From assembly GCA_034780895.1 (NCBI GenBank), contig JAUZTB010000127.1, positions 69,337,758 to 69,401,757 of the forward strand: a stretch of 64,000 nucleotides of DNA. Direction: 5' to 3'. The notes below the pieces were generated by a model. The model worked only from the letters and a program-made list of their open reading frames with translations. It was not told the DNA's origin and did not search any database. The stretch's first letter is position 1, and each line of letters begins with the position of its first letter. Of this stretch, positions 41,442 through 55,080 are shown piece after piece. The stretch is from Rhynchobatus australiae. Its lineage: Eukaryota. A program made the position numbers and the translations under genes.

Positions 41442-41745
41442 CAGTACGGTGGTGCAGCTACTAGAACTGCTGCTTCACAGCTCCAGCAACCCAGGTTCAA
41501 TCCCAACCTTCAGATGTTGTCTGTGTGGAGTTTGCATGTGACCAAATGGGTGTCCTGGTTTCCTCCCGTATCCCAAAGCTGTTCAATTTTAAATTGGCAA
41601 TTTTAAATTGTCCAAGAGTGTAGGTGAGTAGTAGGATCTGACAGAAGTTCATGGGAATGTGGGAAGAGTAGGTTAAGGGAAAATTTGATGGGAATGGTGT
41701 TGTTCTAAGAGCTGACAGAGATCTGAAGGACTGTTGTAAGGAAAT
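41442..41745 (+). mobile_element. V-SINE-like element
   Basis: cagtacggtggtgcagctactagaactgctgcttcacagctccagcaacccaggttcaatcc...tgtgtggagtttgcatg...tttcctcccgtatcccaaag. Confidence 0.8.
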
Positions 41746-42595
41746 ACAGAAATATATGAACAGACCAAAAATTACCCAGGTGATGTTAACAAGCTCTTAA
41801 TTTGAATAATTCTATTCAAAATAAACAGATAAAATCTCAGATATAAAATTGAAATGGAGCGCTAAGTCTGTTATCTGGGAGTTGTGGACAGTGAAATTGT
41901 CCCAGCTGACCACATCTGCAGCAAATATGCATTCTTTGCCATTACCAACTAAGTGTTTGACTTGCATAGAAAAGAAAGGCTTTGGTCACTAGGTATTCGA
42001 GAATTAGGGAGTGGGTAATGTTCTCTACAGTGTGACTGAGAGTCTCGAATGGTGAGATGCCTGCCAGGTGCACTGGCATCTGGATAAGTACAAATAAGGA
42101 AAATGGAGTAGGTCTTATTAAAGGAATATCAGGATTTAGAAATAAATAGTTAAAACAGGATTACCAAGATTACCACACAAGCCATGTGCTAATTACCATA
42201 GTTAGATCTGGCTTGACTGCTGTGGGAAGAAGAGGTTTCACTTCATGGGAGAATGACCAGTCCAGGGACAGGAAATAGCTGTACCACTTGGAAAGACTCC
42301 ACTTGAATTGAATTGGGATCAGTCTCCTAGTGGAAAGATAAATTAGGCTGTGTGTGGGATATTAAACTGGTAAGAAACTGAGAAAAGACCTGAGAAAAAT
42401 AACACTAGCTGGAAGATAAATGAAATAGGAGATGAGAGTAAAGGTCACAGCAAGCTAAAGAATAAAGGTAGCAAACAGTTAAGGAAAAAATACGTTCAAA
42501 ACACGATTTTGGCAGGATTTGTAAGGAAAACTGTAGCTCTGTTTGTTGCCGAAATGATTTCATCACAACAAACAGTCACTTGTGCTTATTTTAGA

Positions 42596-42617
42596 TGTGT
42601 GTGTGTGTGTGTGTGTG
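42596..42617. repeat. (TG)n microsatellite
   Basis: 22-nt perfect TG run. Confidence 0.95.
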
Positions 42618-44244
42618 AAAGTGTGACTGCTTGTCTGTGCTCAAANNNNNNNNNNNNNNNNNNNNNNNNNNNNNNNNNNNNNNNNNNNNNNNNNNNNNNN
42701 NNNNNNNNNNNNNNNNNNNNNNNNNNNNNNNNNNNNNNNNNNNNNAAAGCAAACTAAACAGTTTAACAATAATGTGCAAAGCATCTGAAATAAAACTGAG
42801 GGACTGCAGCAATAATTTGTAATGAGGAGGTGGAACTAACTGGGATAATTGAAATATGGATACATAAAGAATCAGTTAAATATCGCTGGATAAAATGTCT
42901 TCCAATAGAATAGGAAAAGAAAGGGGTGGCTGAAGTCGCTGTGCTAGTTAGAAACCATTAATAGGAATAGAACAAAGGAAGATAACTAAGATCAAGACAG
43001 AAACAGGGTTGGGTATGTTTATGGGGTATTCTTCAGACCTCCTAACACTGGAAGAGAGCTGGAGGAGGAAATCTAAGGAATGAGTAATTTAAAACAAGCT
43101 ACAATCAAGAAAAAAAGCAATTACCCTTAAAATAAATTGACAGGACATGACAGAAAAAAGAAAAAAAAGTACAGAGCTTTAATGCCGTGCACTAGGATTC
43201 AAAAAGAAGGGAATCACTGCTACATACAGTGATGGGAAATAAGTCAGAATGGATATAAAAGTGTTGGAGGTGGGAGGCATGGAGGGAGGGTGGGGTGATT
43301 ATGTTTGCAACACCAAGATAACATTGAACAGAACAAAGTATAAAGCTTAAAAAGACAGGTGAAGTTCAAAGCAATACATAGGGAAAAGGTAGCTATGAGA
43401 GGATACAAATGGAACCTGGAAAGGTAAACTGGTAATTCTTCTGACATGCTCATGAGTAAAGACAGAGAAATGGCAAAAATATTGAAAGGTTAATTTGCCT
43501 CAATGTTTACTAGGGATAATAACCAAGTGGCTGCAACAACAGAAGGAGAGATTAATAATAGGCATTTAAAATAAATGATCAGATCTTAGAAAGGATTAGA
43601 CCCTTAGTCCGCATAAATTGCATACTAGTATATTAAGAAGCTCAGCAAAAGAGATCTGACGTAGTATAGAAAAAAAGATACAAGGTCAAAGAAACAGAAT
43701 AGTTAAGTCTGTCCCTTTATTTAAAAAGAATGATCAAACAACTCCAGGGAACCAGACACTAGCTAGTTTAGAGTAACAGTAAAACATCTAGAAATCAAAA
43801 CTTGGATAAAGAATAGACAGCCTGAATCTTAATAGAGAAGGCTGTGCTTGATCAACCTCACTGAATTTTTTTGAAATATAAACAAGAGTGATGCATTTAG
43901 TATTATGTACTAGCGTAATGACTGTGCTTGCAGTGTCTAGGCCTAAGTAGCTGAGTGGACTAGAGACTGAAAGCAGCTTACGAGATCAGAAAAAGATGAG
44001 AACGCAGCTGGGAGTACAGTCCACCATTAACATTAATGTTATGAATTTGAGAAACAGAAGTACCATTTGAAAATCTGGGAAAGACTCTAAATTGGGAGGT
44101 GCAGTTAATGGGAAGGAAGAATGTAAATGCAAGAGTGTAATAGGAAAAAAGGTTTTCACTGTAGATTACTGCGAAATGGTAAAAATGGGATTTGACAAAG
44201 ATCACTAAAACCAGTGATGTGAGTTATTGAGACAAACTGAGCAA

Positions 44245-44500
44245 GACCATAACATATAGGAGGAGAATTAGGCCATTCTGCCCATTGAGTCTGCTCTACC
44301 ATTCAATCATGGCTGATTATTTTTTTCCTTTTCTCAACCCCATTCTCCCACCTTCTCTCTGTAACCATAAATCCCCTTACCAATCAAGAATGTATCAATC
44401 TCTCCCTTAAAAACACCTAATGATTTGGCCTCCACAGCCTTCTGTGGCAATGAGTTCCACAGATTCACCACCCTCTGGCTGAAGAAATTCCTCCTCACTA
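44245..44500 (-). mobile_element. CR1 3' end, nested
   Basis: ggagaattaggccattctgcccattgagtctgctctaccattcaatcatggctgat...ctggctgaagaaattcctcctca. Confidence 0.85.
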
Positions 44501-44634
44501 GGGTTCCTGGGGTTCATTTCAATGAGACTGAGAATTGAAAAGCAAAGAAATTATATTAAAATTGTAGAGAAACTTGGGATAGTCTGGATTTTGAGGACTG
44601 CTCACAGTTTTGGACTCATACTTAAAATAAAAAG

Positions 44635-44801
44635 CTCTTTGTCATTTAGGCAGTCCCTTAAGATTGTGGATAGCTTACTTTCACTGCAGTTCTGAGGTGG
44701 CTGATATGGCCAATGTTGGATCCGTTGAGTCTGCCGTAGATGGGATGCTTGATGAGGTGGCTAGTACTTGAGATGGTGTACTCCTTCTATCGCTTATCCT
44801 T
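44635..44801 (-). mobile_element. RTE LINE 3' end, nested
   Basis: ggcagtcccttaagattgtggat...ttctgaggtggctgatatggccaatg; similar to the copies at 28335 and 60190. Confidence 0.65.
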
Positions 44802-45643
44802 NNNNNNNNNNNNNNNNNNNNNNNNNNNNNNNNNNNNNNNNNNNNNNNNNNNNNNNNNNNNNNNNNNNNNNNNNNNNNNNNNNNNNNNNNNNNNNNNNNN
44901 NNNNNNNNNNNNNNNNNNNNNNNNNNNNNNNNNNNNNNNNNNNNNNNNNNNNNNNNNNNNNNNNNNNNNNNNNNNNNNNNNNNNNNNNNNNNNNNNNNNN
45001 NNNNNNNNNNNNNNNNNNNNNNNNNNNNNNNNNNNNNNNNNNNNNNNNNNNNNNNNNNNNNNNNNNNNNNNNNNNNNNNNNNNNNNNNNNNNNNNNNNNN
45101 NNNNNNNNNNNNNNNNNNNNNNNNNNNNNNNNNNNNNNNNNNNNNNNNNNNNNNNNNNNNNNNNNNNNNNNNNNNNNNNNNNNNNNNNNNNNNNNNNNNN
45201 NNNNNNNNNNNNNNNNNNNNNNNNNNNNNNNNNNNNNNNNNNNNNNNNNNNNNNNNNNNNNNNNNNNNNNNNNNNNNNNNNNNNNNNNNNNNNNNNNNNN
45301 NNNNNNNNNNNNNNNNNNNNNNNNNNNNNNNNNNNNNNNNNNNNNNNNNNNNNNNNNNNNNNNNNNNNNNNNNNNNNNNNNNNNNNNNNNNNNNNNNNNN
45401 NNNNNNNNNNNNNNNNNNNNNNNNNNNNNNNNNNNNNNNNNNNNNNNNNNNNNNNNNNNNNNNNNNNNNNNNNNNNNNNNNNNNNNNNNNNNNNNNNNNN
45501 NNNNNNNNNNNNNNNNNNNNNNNNNNNNNNNNNNNNNNNNNNNNNNNNNNNNNNNNNNNNNNNNNNNNNNNNNNNNNNNNNNNNNNNNNNNNNNNNNNNN
45601 NNNNNNNNNNNNNNNNNNNNNNNNNNNNNNNNNNNNNNNNNNN
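44802..45643. other. Assembly gap (N run)
   Basis: 842 N inside the nested LINE cluster. Confidence 1.
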
Positions 45644-46205
45644 CATGGAAGAGCCTGGTAAAGCTTCTCTGAATTTCTTCCAATGTATTAACATTCTTCT
45701 TTCAAGCAGGAGACCATTGGTGTACATAATAATCCAGTGCTCACAATGTGGTCTCATCAATGCCTGTACAACTGAAGCATAACCTTCTGACTTTGGATTG
45801 CAATAAAGAATAACATGTATTAGCTTTCCCAATTACCTACTGTACCTGCGTATTAGCATTATGCAGACCATGGACTAGGACATCCAGATGTCCTGCTGTG
45901 GTCTCCTTGTTTCTTCTTTCACAATTTACTTTCCTGCCTACTTTGTGTCATTAGCAAAGTTAGCAACCACTCCTTCAGGATCTTCATTCAAATCATTTAT
46001 ATAAATAGTAAAACACTGAGACCACAGTACTGTTCCTTGTAGCATGCCATTCATTACATCTTGCCAACTGGAGAAATCCCTTCTTATGCCTCGCCTGTTT
46101 TCTATTAGCCAGCCAATCTTCTATCCATGCCAAAATGTCACCTCCAATGAGCTTTTATTTTTTGCAATAACCTTTAATGTGTCACTTTATCAAATGCCAT
46201 GCATG
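45644..46205 (-). mobile_element. CR1 RT fragment, nested
   Basis: Minus-strand ALMRPHCEHW motif and tgtgtcattagcaaagttagc (KFAND, i.e. KFADD-like). Confidence 0.75.
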
Positions 46206-47594
46206 TTACATGGAACCTGCTACCACAAGTTACAGTTGAGCTGAATAGCATAAATGCTTTTAAGGGAAAGATAGATAAGTATTTGGAGAGCAATGAATAC
46301 AATCAGAATCAGGTTTATTATCACTGACGTATGTCATGAAATTTGTTGTTTCACAAATGGAAGGAAGGCAGGTGGAGAGCTATGAGTATTAACCATTGAC
46401 ATAATCCAGCAGGGCCAAATGACATGTGCTATAAACACAACTAATACAGTGAAAGCTAAATTTTCTATTCATTGGCTTCACTTATAAACATGGTAAATTT
46501 TGTGTGGTACTGCTCGGTGTATTTCTTGGCTACAGTGATATGATGGCAATTAAAACTGCATAAAATAAAAATAACTCATTAACTCATGCAGGTACAGTTA
46601 GTACCTTCATCTAGAAGTTGAAGTTTGCTTCAAGAGAGGGAACCCTGGTAACCCTGCTGGCTTCATCACTTCTTCCACTGCAGAGCTTTAAAATTGAATG
46701 TGCTTTACAAAATTAAGAATGAAAAGGATAAATGAACTTAATAAGATGGTGTTCCTACACAAATGGCACCAATGACCAACAGCAGAGCAAATCTTCCTAC
46801 TATGGCTAAGAGGAGAGCCACAGGCATTCACCCATTCAAATGGAAGCAAATCCCTAACGTAGGTCTTCTCTAAACCCAAGGCCTACTGAATGACAGATGG
46901 CTCCACATCTGTCACCATGCTTTGTTGCTGAACTAGAGTCAACATTACACTGGGGAATCACCCCTGTGATCCTTCTCCAGGTCAGATCCAGAGTGGCACT
47001 GGAGATCCCATTCATTTCAATAGGTATACTTAGCCCATGGATTAAGAAGTGAAGGGTAAGGCAAGTTAATTTATTTTTAAGCTACCTTACTTTGGTTTTG
47101 TTTTGTAACAGAAGGCTGGGGTCTGCTCTCAGCTCAGCCTTCTGTCAAAATCTGTCAGGGCACTCTGGGGCAGGGCATCAGCAGTCGTCTGCCTGAACTG
47201 AGTCACCACTGAGACCTAACCCCTCAACTCAAGGGTGCAGAGTTCAGTAAAATCAACTCTCTGTATCTGGGCTGAGTCAGTCTGGACAGATGGTGACTCT
47301 AGATAGCAGGCTGGGTACAGGAAGATCTGGTGATTGTCTCCTTTGTCAGAGTTGGTAATTCCTCTGTTCCAAGAATATATCTCCTCACCCTTCCCTTTCA
47401 AAATAAACTTCACGCTATGGCTGCTGAAATTTCTAAAATAAAATTTTAGTAATATTTTCAGGTAATCTCTGACCTTTCATGGGTATTCATACCTTTACAA
47501 TGGGTAGCCCATAACTTAAATTGTTGTAGAACAAACACTGTACTGACAATAAGCAGCTGCTGCAGGTGCATTTCTGCCTCTGGATGTTATTGGC

Positions 47595-47880
47595 AATAAG
47601 AAAGCAGAAAATGCTCAAATACTAGCAGGTCAGGCAGCATCAGAGGGAGCGATGGGGTATATGACCCTCCACCAGAATAGGAAGATGTTAAAAGGCTTTC
47701 CAGCTTTTAAATGTAGATGCAGGGAAAATTACATGTCTCATGATTGGAGTTGTGGGTTGGGAGGTGGGGAAGGTGAGGACAAACAGGAAGGTCGTTGATA
47801 AAAAGAGGGATGGAGATGATTAAGTGACAAAAGATTATAATGCAAGGCAAAAGGTGGTGAGAATGGCAAAAGATTATTCT
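47595..47880 (-). mobile_element. Penelope-like terminal repeat remnant
   Basis: gcagaaaatgctcaaatactagcaggtcaggcagcatc followed by purine-rich sequence. Confidence 0.6.
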
Positions 47881-49574
47881 GTTCCAAAAGCCCTCTCCTT
47901 CCAATTCAGCACATAATATGCATTGTGCTAGATGAAACCCAAATTGCTGCTATTACACAATTACATCGCACTGTGTCATACATGGTTTAGTTCATTAAAA
48001 CTGCAGGAGGGAAATGTTTGCCGCTAGATGCAATCAATAACACAATGATGTGATTCGACTTTGCACTGCTGGAAGCAAACATCAGATATCCAATGTGGCC
48101 ATTCCCCATGTCAATCACATCCATACAAACAGTAAGGCTGAAACATTACCTTCCTTGAGGTGACCAGCAACAATGATCCCTATCATTAGAGTCACAAGAA
48201 TCTGAGCAATAAGTCACTCATTAGTGAGCACCATGGTTCAAATGGGTGGTATATAATTTTAGGAGGATTTTAATACAGTAACTTCAAGTTTAAAAGACCA
48301 GAGTCTTCGCACAAAAATTCTTGGGAGCAGGCAAGGGAAAAAAAGATCATGTCAGCAGAGATATTTGCCTTTTCTATCACTGTGACATTGTGGTCTGGTG
48401 ACATATGATAAGTAGCTTTTGATTGATACTAAGATACCACACAGAAAGCTAAATGAAATGGACAGGAAGCAATTCTGCCTGAGGTACTAATTTTGTTTTG
48501 TAACTACCACAAAAGCAAAAAGAACATGGGCATGTATGGTAATAAAGATCTTTCTGTCAATACGAATAATAATAAGCTTGTTTATGTAAAGCAGTTTTCC
48601 CACAAACCCAAAATTACAGCTTCTCAAAAGCCATACATTAAATAAAGTGATTGAAGATGTTTGATGATGGATTACATTACAAGAGTGTCTAGACTTCAAT
48701 AGTGTTCATTGGTTCATTGGTTATAATGTGCTTTTGGGCTTTCTTAGGCTCTAAAAGCTGCTATATAAATGCAAGTTCCTTTTGCTCAAATATTTATCCT
48801 TTTAATGTTATTGTAAACTCAGATTATTTTGCCAGGCTGTTAATGCTATAACAAATTGGAATGTCACAGCCCATCAGAAACTATTTCTGGGACTGAATGG
48901 GTCAATCAATTAAAACAGTGTCCTTTCATCTCTAAGATATGGTTCCAGTCCAGACCAGAATAATGGGATGAAAGTCTTTGACCTTTGTGTGACTGCTAAG
49001 GTTCCAAATGTAACACATCTGGACAGTCGAGACATAGATTCTAATCAGCATGAAGCTCACAACATGAAAGTCCTTACTATGCAGCATAAATGGAGATGGT
49101 GTGGCAAATGGAACTGTCACACAGTGGCAGCAATGGGCAGTCTTCTGATGCCGGGGTGAAATATATTACTCACGCAGCTTAAATGGATATTTAGCTCATA
49201 ATAAATGCAACTGATTGCAACTTGATATGATATTGCCACACAAGGTACAGCTAGAAATAATTCTGGGAGATAACCATCTTCCACTCCCTGATTTATAACT
49301 GATAAGGAATCCTATTCTGTGTGCCGGAACAATTCTTAATAGAACTGCAGAGTTCTTGAATGTCACAACTTTTGTTTAACAGTAGATTAATTTCATTTTG
49401 TAAGGAGAATAGCATTCAGTGCAAATAGGTTGAACATTTTAAAGTCATTAATCCTATGTAGTTTGCAAGTTCCTCTTTTTATCTTAGCTTTGGTTAAATG
49501 GTCCAAAGTAATTTTGAAAGCCTATAAAACCATAGGTTTCATGTCCATACACCAAGGACATCAGAATTTATCCA

Positions 49575-49760
49575 GAGAGCAAAACGCTTCAGATCTGGAA
49601 ATCTGAAAGTGCTGGAAATACTTAACAAGTCAAGCAGCATTTATGGAGATTACATTGTTAACAGTTCATCAGATGAAAGGCCATTAATATAAAGAGTTCA
49701 CTCTGTTTTCTCACTCTGCTGCCAAGTTTCTCTTGCAATTCTATTTTTATTTCAGAGTTA
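49575..49760. mobile_element. Short fold-back Penelope-derived repeat
   Basis: gctggaaatacttaacaagtcaagcagcat...ttcatcag/atgaaagg...ctctgttttctc...tttttatttcaga in inverted arrangement. Confidence 0.55.
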
Positions 49761-52237
49761 ATTCAGAGATGTGTNNNNNNNNNNNNNNNNNNNNNNNNNN
49801 NNNNNNNNNNNNNNNNNNNNNNNNNNNNNNNNNNNNNNNNNNNNNNNNNNNNNNNNNNNNNNNNNNNNNNNNNNTCATTGTATATTTTTTGTATCTTTTT
49901 ATGTTCATTAAATATACATTAACACACTATGTGTTGTGTTGTAACTAAGGAACTTTATGTGTGGAAATGGTGATATTTTCTACTTTTCGTGCCTTGCTTT
50001 GGTTTCAGACAGCCACAGGATAAAATTGGAGTGAACTATGGAAACAAGATCCCCAGTCTGGGAAAAAAATGTCTCCTCCTGCACGGGTGTGACATTTTCC
50101 ATTTCACTTGTCAGCCATTCTTGTGAATGCTGAGTGAGACTGACACTCTGGTGATGGGTTTATATTGCGGGCAGTTGAGAGATTAGGAAAAGCATCGACA
50201 CTACCCCAAGCTAATTTAACACATCAATTTACACTCAACAGATGACTATAATCTTCCTGCTATCAATCTGGATAAGATTCAAATCCAAATTCTAAAAGAC
50301 AAATGTTTTAACACATTATACTACAGTAACTGTCAATTCTGACTCATGATAAAATGAGAAGCGGTCAAGCAAATATTTTTGTCAGTCCCAAATATTGCAA
50401 ATTAAATTATTTGCTTTCTTTGACTGAATGTAGTTTTACTCTTCCCTAACAAAGCAGCTTCCAGTAAAACAGTTTGTGCCTNNNNNNNNNNNNNNNNNNN
50501 NNNNNNNNNNNNNNNNNNNNNNNNNNNCAGGAAATTGAGCATAATTTGCCACCCAAGCACAATCATTCCTCAATTTCCTGTTTGTCATTATTCCCACCTG
50601 CAAGGAGAAAGTTAATTTTTAACTTGTATATAAACAAAAGGGATCTTTCCCCCTCCTGGCTGGTTTTTAAGATCTGTTTTTCAGGTTTAGGCATTGCTTC
50701 AGTTTGGGTAAGCAAAACCATGTTATCATAAGCTAAAGGCTGGATGTGAAATATAGATAGCGAAGAGACAATTTAACCGACTCACCACCACCTCTCTGCA
50801 CCAACACCCCAACCACCACCCCTCCAATTAAGACTTGGTTCTCCATACCAGATAAAATTTTCATTGAATGATGTACTGAATAGTGAGACTTTAAGGTCAA
50901 TCTAACTAGATGTTTCAACATCTATTATTACCTTTTTATTATGACAATACATTTAACCGATGGTATTTGGAAAATGTTATTGTTAAACGGTGCTGTGAAA
51001 CCAGTTTAGGGGTTAATTGTTTTCCTTCATTGTTCAATGCAGAATTTAAAAAAAACATGTGCAATATTTTTATTATCTGTGCTCTAAGCAGATTAAATAA
51101 CAAACCAACTCCTAGTAGTCACAAATCTTTAGAAGTTCAACTTTCCCACTTCCTTATCTGAAAAACATCCTATGGAGAGATCTTATCATTTCAAACCACT
51201 TCATATCTTAAATCCCTCTAAATTCAATAGGATGTGATCAGCTCTTCTTAACAGCAAACATCTTAATTTGTGAATTGGCTTTATTTTCAAGTCTTTGATT
51301 TATAACTAATATGTTGATATCTTTCCAGCAAAATAAGGGAATTTTAACTCATTCATAAATCTTGCATTACTGAACGTTTAACTATCATGATTCAATCTAT
51401 GACTCTGGTATGGTTTTTAACATTTGAGTTAATGTTAGTTGACCACCAGCATACCAGACAAGGTAGGGATTAAAAGTGTAACTGCAGCAGATGCACAATA
51501 TAACTTGAGCAAATGCATTTAATTTGTTAGATAATGTGCTTTTTGTTGTACCTACAAATTTTATAACTATTATAACTTTATGTTTAAAACTGGAGTGGCA
51601 AAATGACTCAATTATCATTTATTGCAGTGTGGACTGTTTCACAAAGAAACATAAATTCATCTCGAAGGAAATATGTTTACCTCCATTCACCCCCTTTTTA
51701 AAATATGCCCTTACTAATTTCCTCCCTTTCTCCTTCAAAGTGCTGAATTGCTGGAAGAGGATTCTGTAAACACCTCCACTTTCTTATACTTCAGCCAAGA
51801 GGCCATTCTGTTTACATGAGCCCAAAGAGCAATGTTAGCAATTTCCTAGCTCCAAAATTCCCAGCCCAAATTCCAGCAGGTTATTCAAGTGGAGGAAGGA
51901 CAAGTAGGCATCACAGGTTAGCGCAAATTTGGTGCCAATGGCCAAATATTTTCTATTAATTAGCAATCAGATGTGGGAACCTTGACTGCGTCTGTTTATC
52001 TTCCTTCTGTCATTCAAAGGCACTTACTCCAAGCTTCTGACTTATGCTAGCTAAATTAGCACAGGGCAGGAATCAGCACTATTTCTTTCCTGGTCTGCAA
52101 AGCCAACTATACCTGAGTAGCAAACTTACTCACTGATCATCAGTGGAGCTCACTTGCCCTCTTCACAAACATCCTGAAGCTCCAAGCTCCATGTGCTTGC
52201 ATGTGAGTGAGCCTCTGCCATAATGAGCCAATCACGA

Positions 52238-52658
52238 TGGAATCATAGAATCATTACAGCTCAAAAGGACGCCACTTGGCCCATCATGTCCTTGTTAGTT
52301 CTCTACCACACCAACTCTCTAGTTCCAGCCAATGGCCCTTTCTCCATGGTCTTGCAAATTTTTCTCTACCTTGTATTTATTCATTTCCCTTTTGAAGACC
52401 ACAATGAAACCTATCTTCATCTCAACCAGAGGCCATACATTCCAGCTTATAACCACATGCTGTGTAAAAAGATTTTTCCTCTTAATTATCTTCCCCCTTT
52501 ATTTTGTAGTTGTGAACACAGGTCCTTGACCACTCCTTGAATGGGAAGAGCCCACTCTGTCTAGACTCCTCATCATTTTGTATATCACTGTTAAATCTCC
52601 CCTAGCCATCTCTTCTCCAAAGAAAACAGCTTCCCCAATCTATCCTTGTAACTGTTGT
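52238..52658 (-). mobile_element. CR1 3' fragment
   Basis: gaatcatagaatc tail; ctcatcattttgtatatc...aaatctcccctagccatctcttctccaaagaaaacag. Confidence 0.75.
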
Positions 52659-52985
52659 CATAGAACATGGAAATAGAGTCTTCAGCACAGTGTCTATACT
52701 GACCATCAAGTACCCATTTACACTAACCCCATTTTATTTTCCCCACATTCTCATCAACTATCTCCAGATTCTACTATTCAACTACACACAAGAGGCAATT
52801 TACAGTGGCCAATTAACCTACCAACAGCACATATTGGGACATAGGAGGAAACCAGAGCACCAAGAGGAAACCATGCGGTCACAGGGAGAATGTGCAAACT
52901 TCGCACAGATAGCATCTGAGGTTAGGATTGAACTTGGGTCTTTGGCGTTGTGAGGCAGCAACTCCATTGGCTGCACCAGTGTGCC
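52659..52985 (-). mobile_element. Near-complete V-SINE
   Basis: ggaggaaaccagagcacc...ggtcacagggagaatgtgcaaact...ggattgaacttgggtc...gtgaggcagcaac...tgcaccagtgtgcc. Confidence 0.85.
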
Positions 52986-53101
52986 TCTCCTCATCTCAAG
53001 GACCAATAGGATTAACGTAGACTGGCAAAATGTTTGGCATCTTCATCCACCCTTGGAGCCAATAGCAGAGCACTTGTGTTTTTGTCTTATCTGATCAGAT
53101 A

Positions 53102-53156
53102 GAATTGAAGACAGCTATCCTGTGGATCAGCTGTGGAATTGAAGACAGCTATCCTG
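53102..53156. repeat. 21-bp direct repeat (GAATTGAAGACAGCTATCCTG x2)
   Basis: Exact copies at 53102-53122 and 53136-53156. Confidence 0.9.
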
Positions 53157-54059
53157 GTGCCACACTGTGGCACCAGTTTATTGAACTCCTTGAACTGTAG
53201 GTTCGAACACAGTTCCCTCGACATTTGACAAAATTATATTTACTGTTTTCTTGTGCAGCACTTCCAATTTTTTTGGAGGAAAAATGTCAACTGTTGCTCT
53301 TGCATTAAAAGTGAACTGGTTGTGGCCAGTTTTCAGGCAAGTATGATTGGTAGGTGTGAAGCCAGCCAAAACTTAGGACTCAACCCTAATCAAATGGATT
53401 ATTGCTGCCTAAAGGCAGCAATCCCACAGGCCACTTTAATGAGATGAACATCATGGCTCTACCAGCCGCAAGGCAAAAGCCAGAGGTAGAGAGAATGGAA
53501 CGAGAGACACGGGGCCAATCAGAAGTACTGTTATGCCAGGGAGCACTTGTGTTTTTCCTAGTTCGCAATAATTTTTTTAATCATTTGTTAAGTTTGCAGT
53601 GTTAGTTAAAATAAATTAATTGCAAGCTTCACTAAAAGGCTCTAAAACTGGTGCTAGCTTCCTCATAATTCATAGCAAATCCTATGAGGAATAAAACACA
53701 TGGTGGAAAAACCAGTTCAATCATCACTAAGAAGGAAAGCTAGAGATACTATTAAATTAAAAGGAGCGGATCAGTGTATGTATGCATTGGTTGAGCATGA
53801 AGATATAAGATGCTTAGTAGAGNNNNNNNNNNNNNNNNNNNNNNNNNNNNNNNNNNNNNNNNNNNNNNNNNNNNNNNNNNNNNNNNNNNNNNNNNNNNNN
53901 NNNNNNNNNNNNNNNNNNNNNNATGAAAGGCAAAGGGTGTCTGATTAATCTGCCAGAACTTTATATACGAGTTATAAATAACTTGTATATAAATATAACA
54001 TAATATAATGTATATAAATAACAATATGAGTTGTAAATAAATGAGGAAGAAACAGAACA

Positions 54060-55080
54060 TACAGAGTACTTTGATTTAAAAAAGTATTCAAGAAAGGTGC
54101 TGCATAAGGTACTTGGGATTTAGGCTCAAATTAACCGTGATTCAGGATTACTTTAGGGAATAAACAAATAATTTTGGGATGGTGGACTGCATCTGGTAGG
54201 GTACTGCAAGGATCTGTACCTAGACCTCAATTTTGGAGAACCTGTATTAATGACATGGAAGAGAGGCAAAATGTAGCCCAAGTTTACTGATAATGCATGG
54301 GTAAGTGGGGAAATAAACTGTGAGGAGGCATCAAAGGGATAGAGACATGAAAAATGAGTGCGCAAGAGTGCCTTTGATGGCATTTAGATGTGATGTTATC
54401 TGTATTGGTAAGGAAATAAGTAGAATTTTGTTTTATTGGATTGCACAGGAGGTTGTGCAAGTTGGTGTTCAGAGAGTGCTGGGTGTAAATGTACATTGAT
54501 AACAAAGTTAACATGCAAATTACGAAAGCAACTTGGAACACAAACGGTAGGGTAGCCTTGATCATAAATGGATTTGAGTAGAAGAATGAAGAAGTTTCAT
54601 TCCAATTACGAGGGTCCTTGGTGAAGCCATACCTGGAGTTCTGTGCACAAGTTTGATCTATTACCTAATAAAGGATGTACTTGTCTTAATGGGGGTGCAA
54701 CAAAGGTTTACTGAGTTGATTTCTGAAGTTTACCTATTGCCAATGGGAGAGCAATGGAGTAGATTAGGCCTTTTCTTCCCAAATATTAGAAAAATTAGAG
54801 GTCATATGTTTGAAACATATAAAAGGTTGAAAGGCATGATTTATTTGATACTGGGAGGGAAGTCTAGAACCAGGCAGAACAGTCGTAAGAATTAAGGGGT
54901 ATGCTTAATTAGGACTGAGGTAAAGAAAAGCTTCTTGAAGGGTTATGAACTTTTGGAATCTGCCATGCTATGGGGATTGAAATTACTGAGATAAAGTAGA
55001 GAAGCAGAATTGAGGTAAATCATCTTATTGAACGGCACAGCAGGCTTGAAAAAATAATAGCTATTTTCTGCTTTCAGGTA
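54060..55080 (+). mobile_element. CR1 ORF2 (RT to 3' tail) fragment
   Basis: ttggtgaagccatacctggag; IKDVLVLMGVQQRFTELI...IRGHMFETYKRLKG; catcttattgaacggcacagcaggcttga tail. Confidence 0.8.

Larger units (their letters stand above)
41860..46440 (+). mobile_element. Old, nearly full-length CR1 LINE with nested insertions
   Basis: Colinear relics: ORF1 zinc-finger-like DHICSK (~41908), endonuclease GI.E.W and GVA..V motifs (~42840-42950), RT region (43400-44200), ORF2 C-terminus (44500-44630), 3' tail (46210-46430). Confidence 0.55.

Noticed and set aside
41442-41515. tRNA-like A/B-box heads
   Set aside because: They are SINE heads continuing into V-domain and LINE tails; no complete cloverleaf.
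53102-53176. Repeat-spacer-repeat pattern superficially like a CRISPR array
   Set aside because: Only two units with a 13-nt spacer, in a vertebrate intron with no cas genes.
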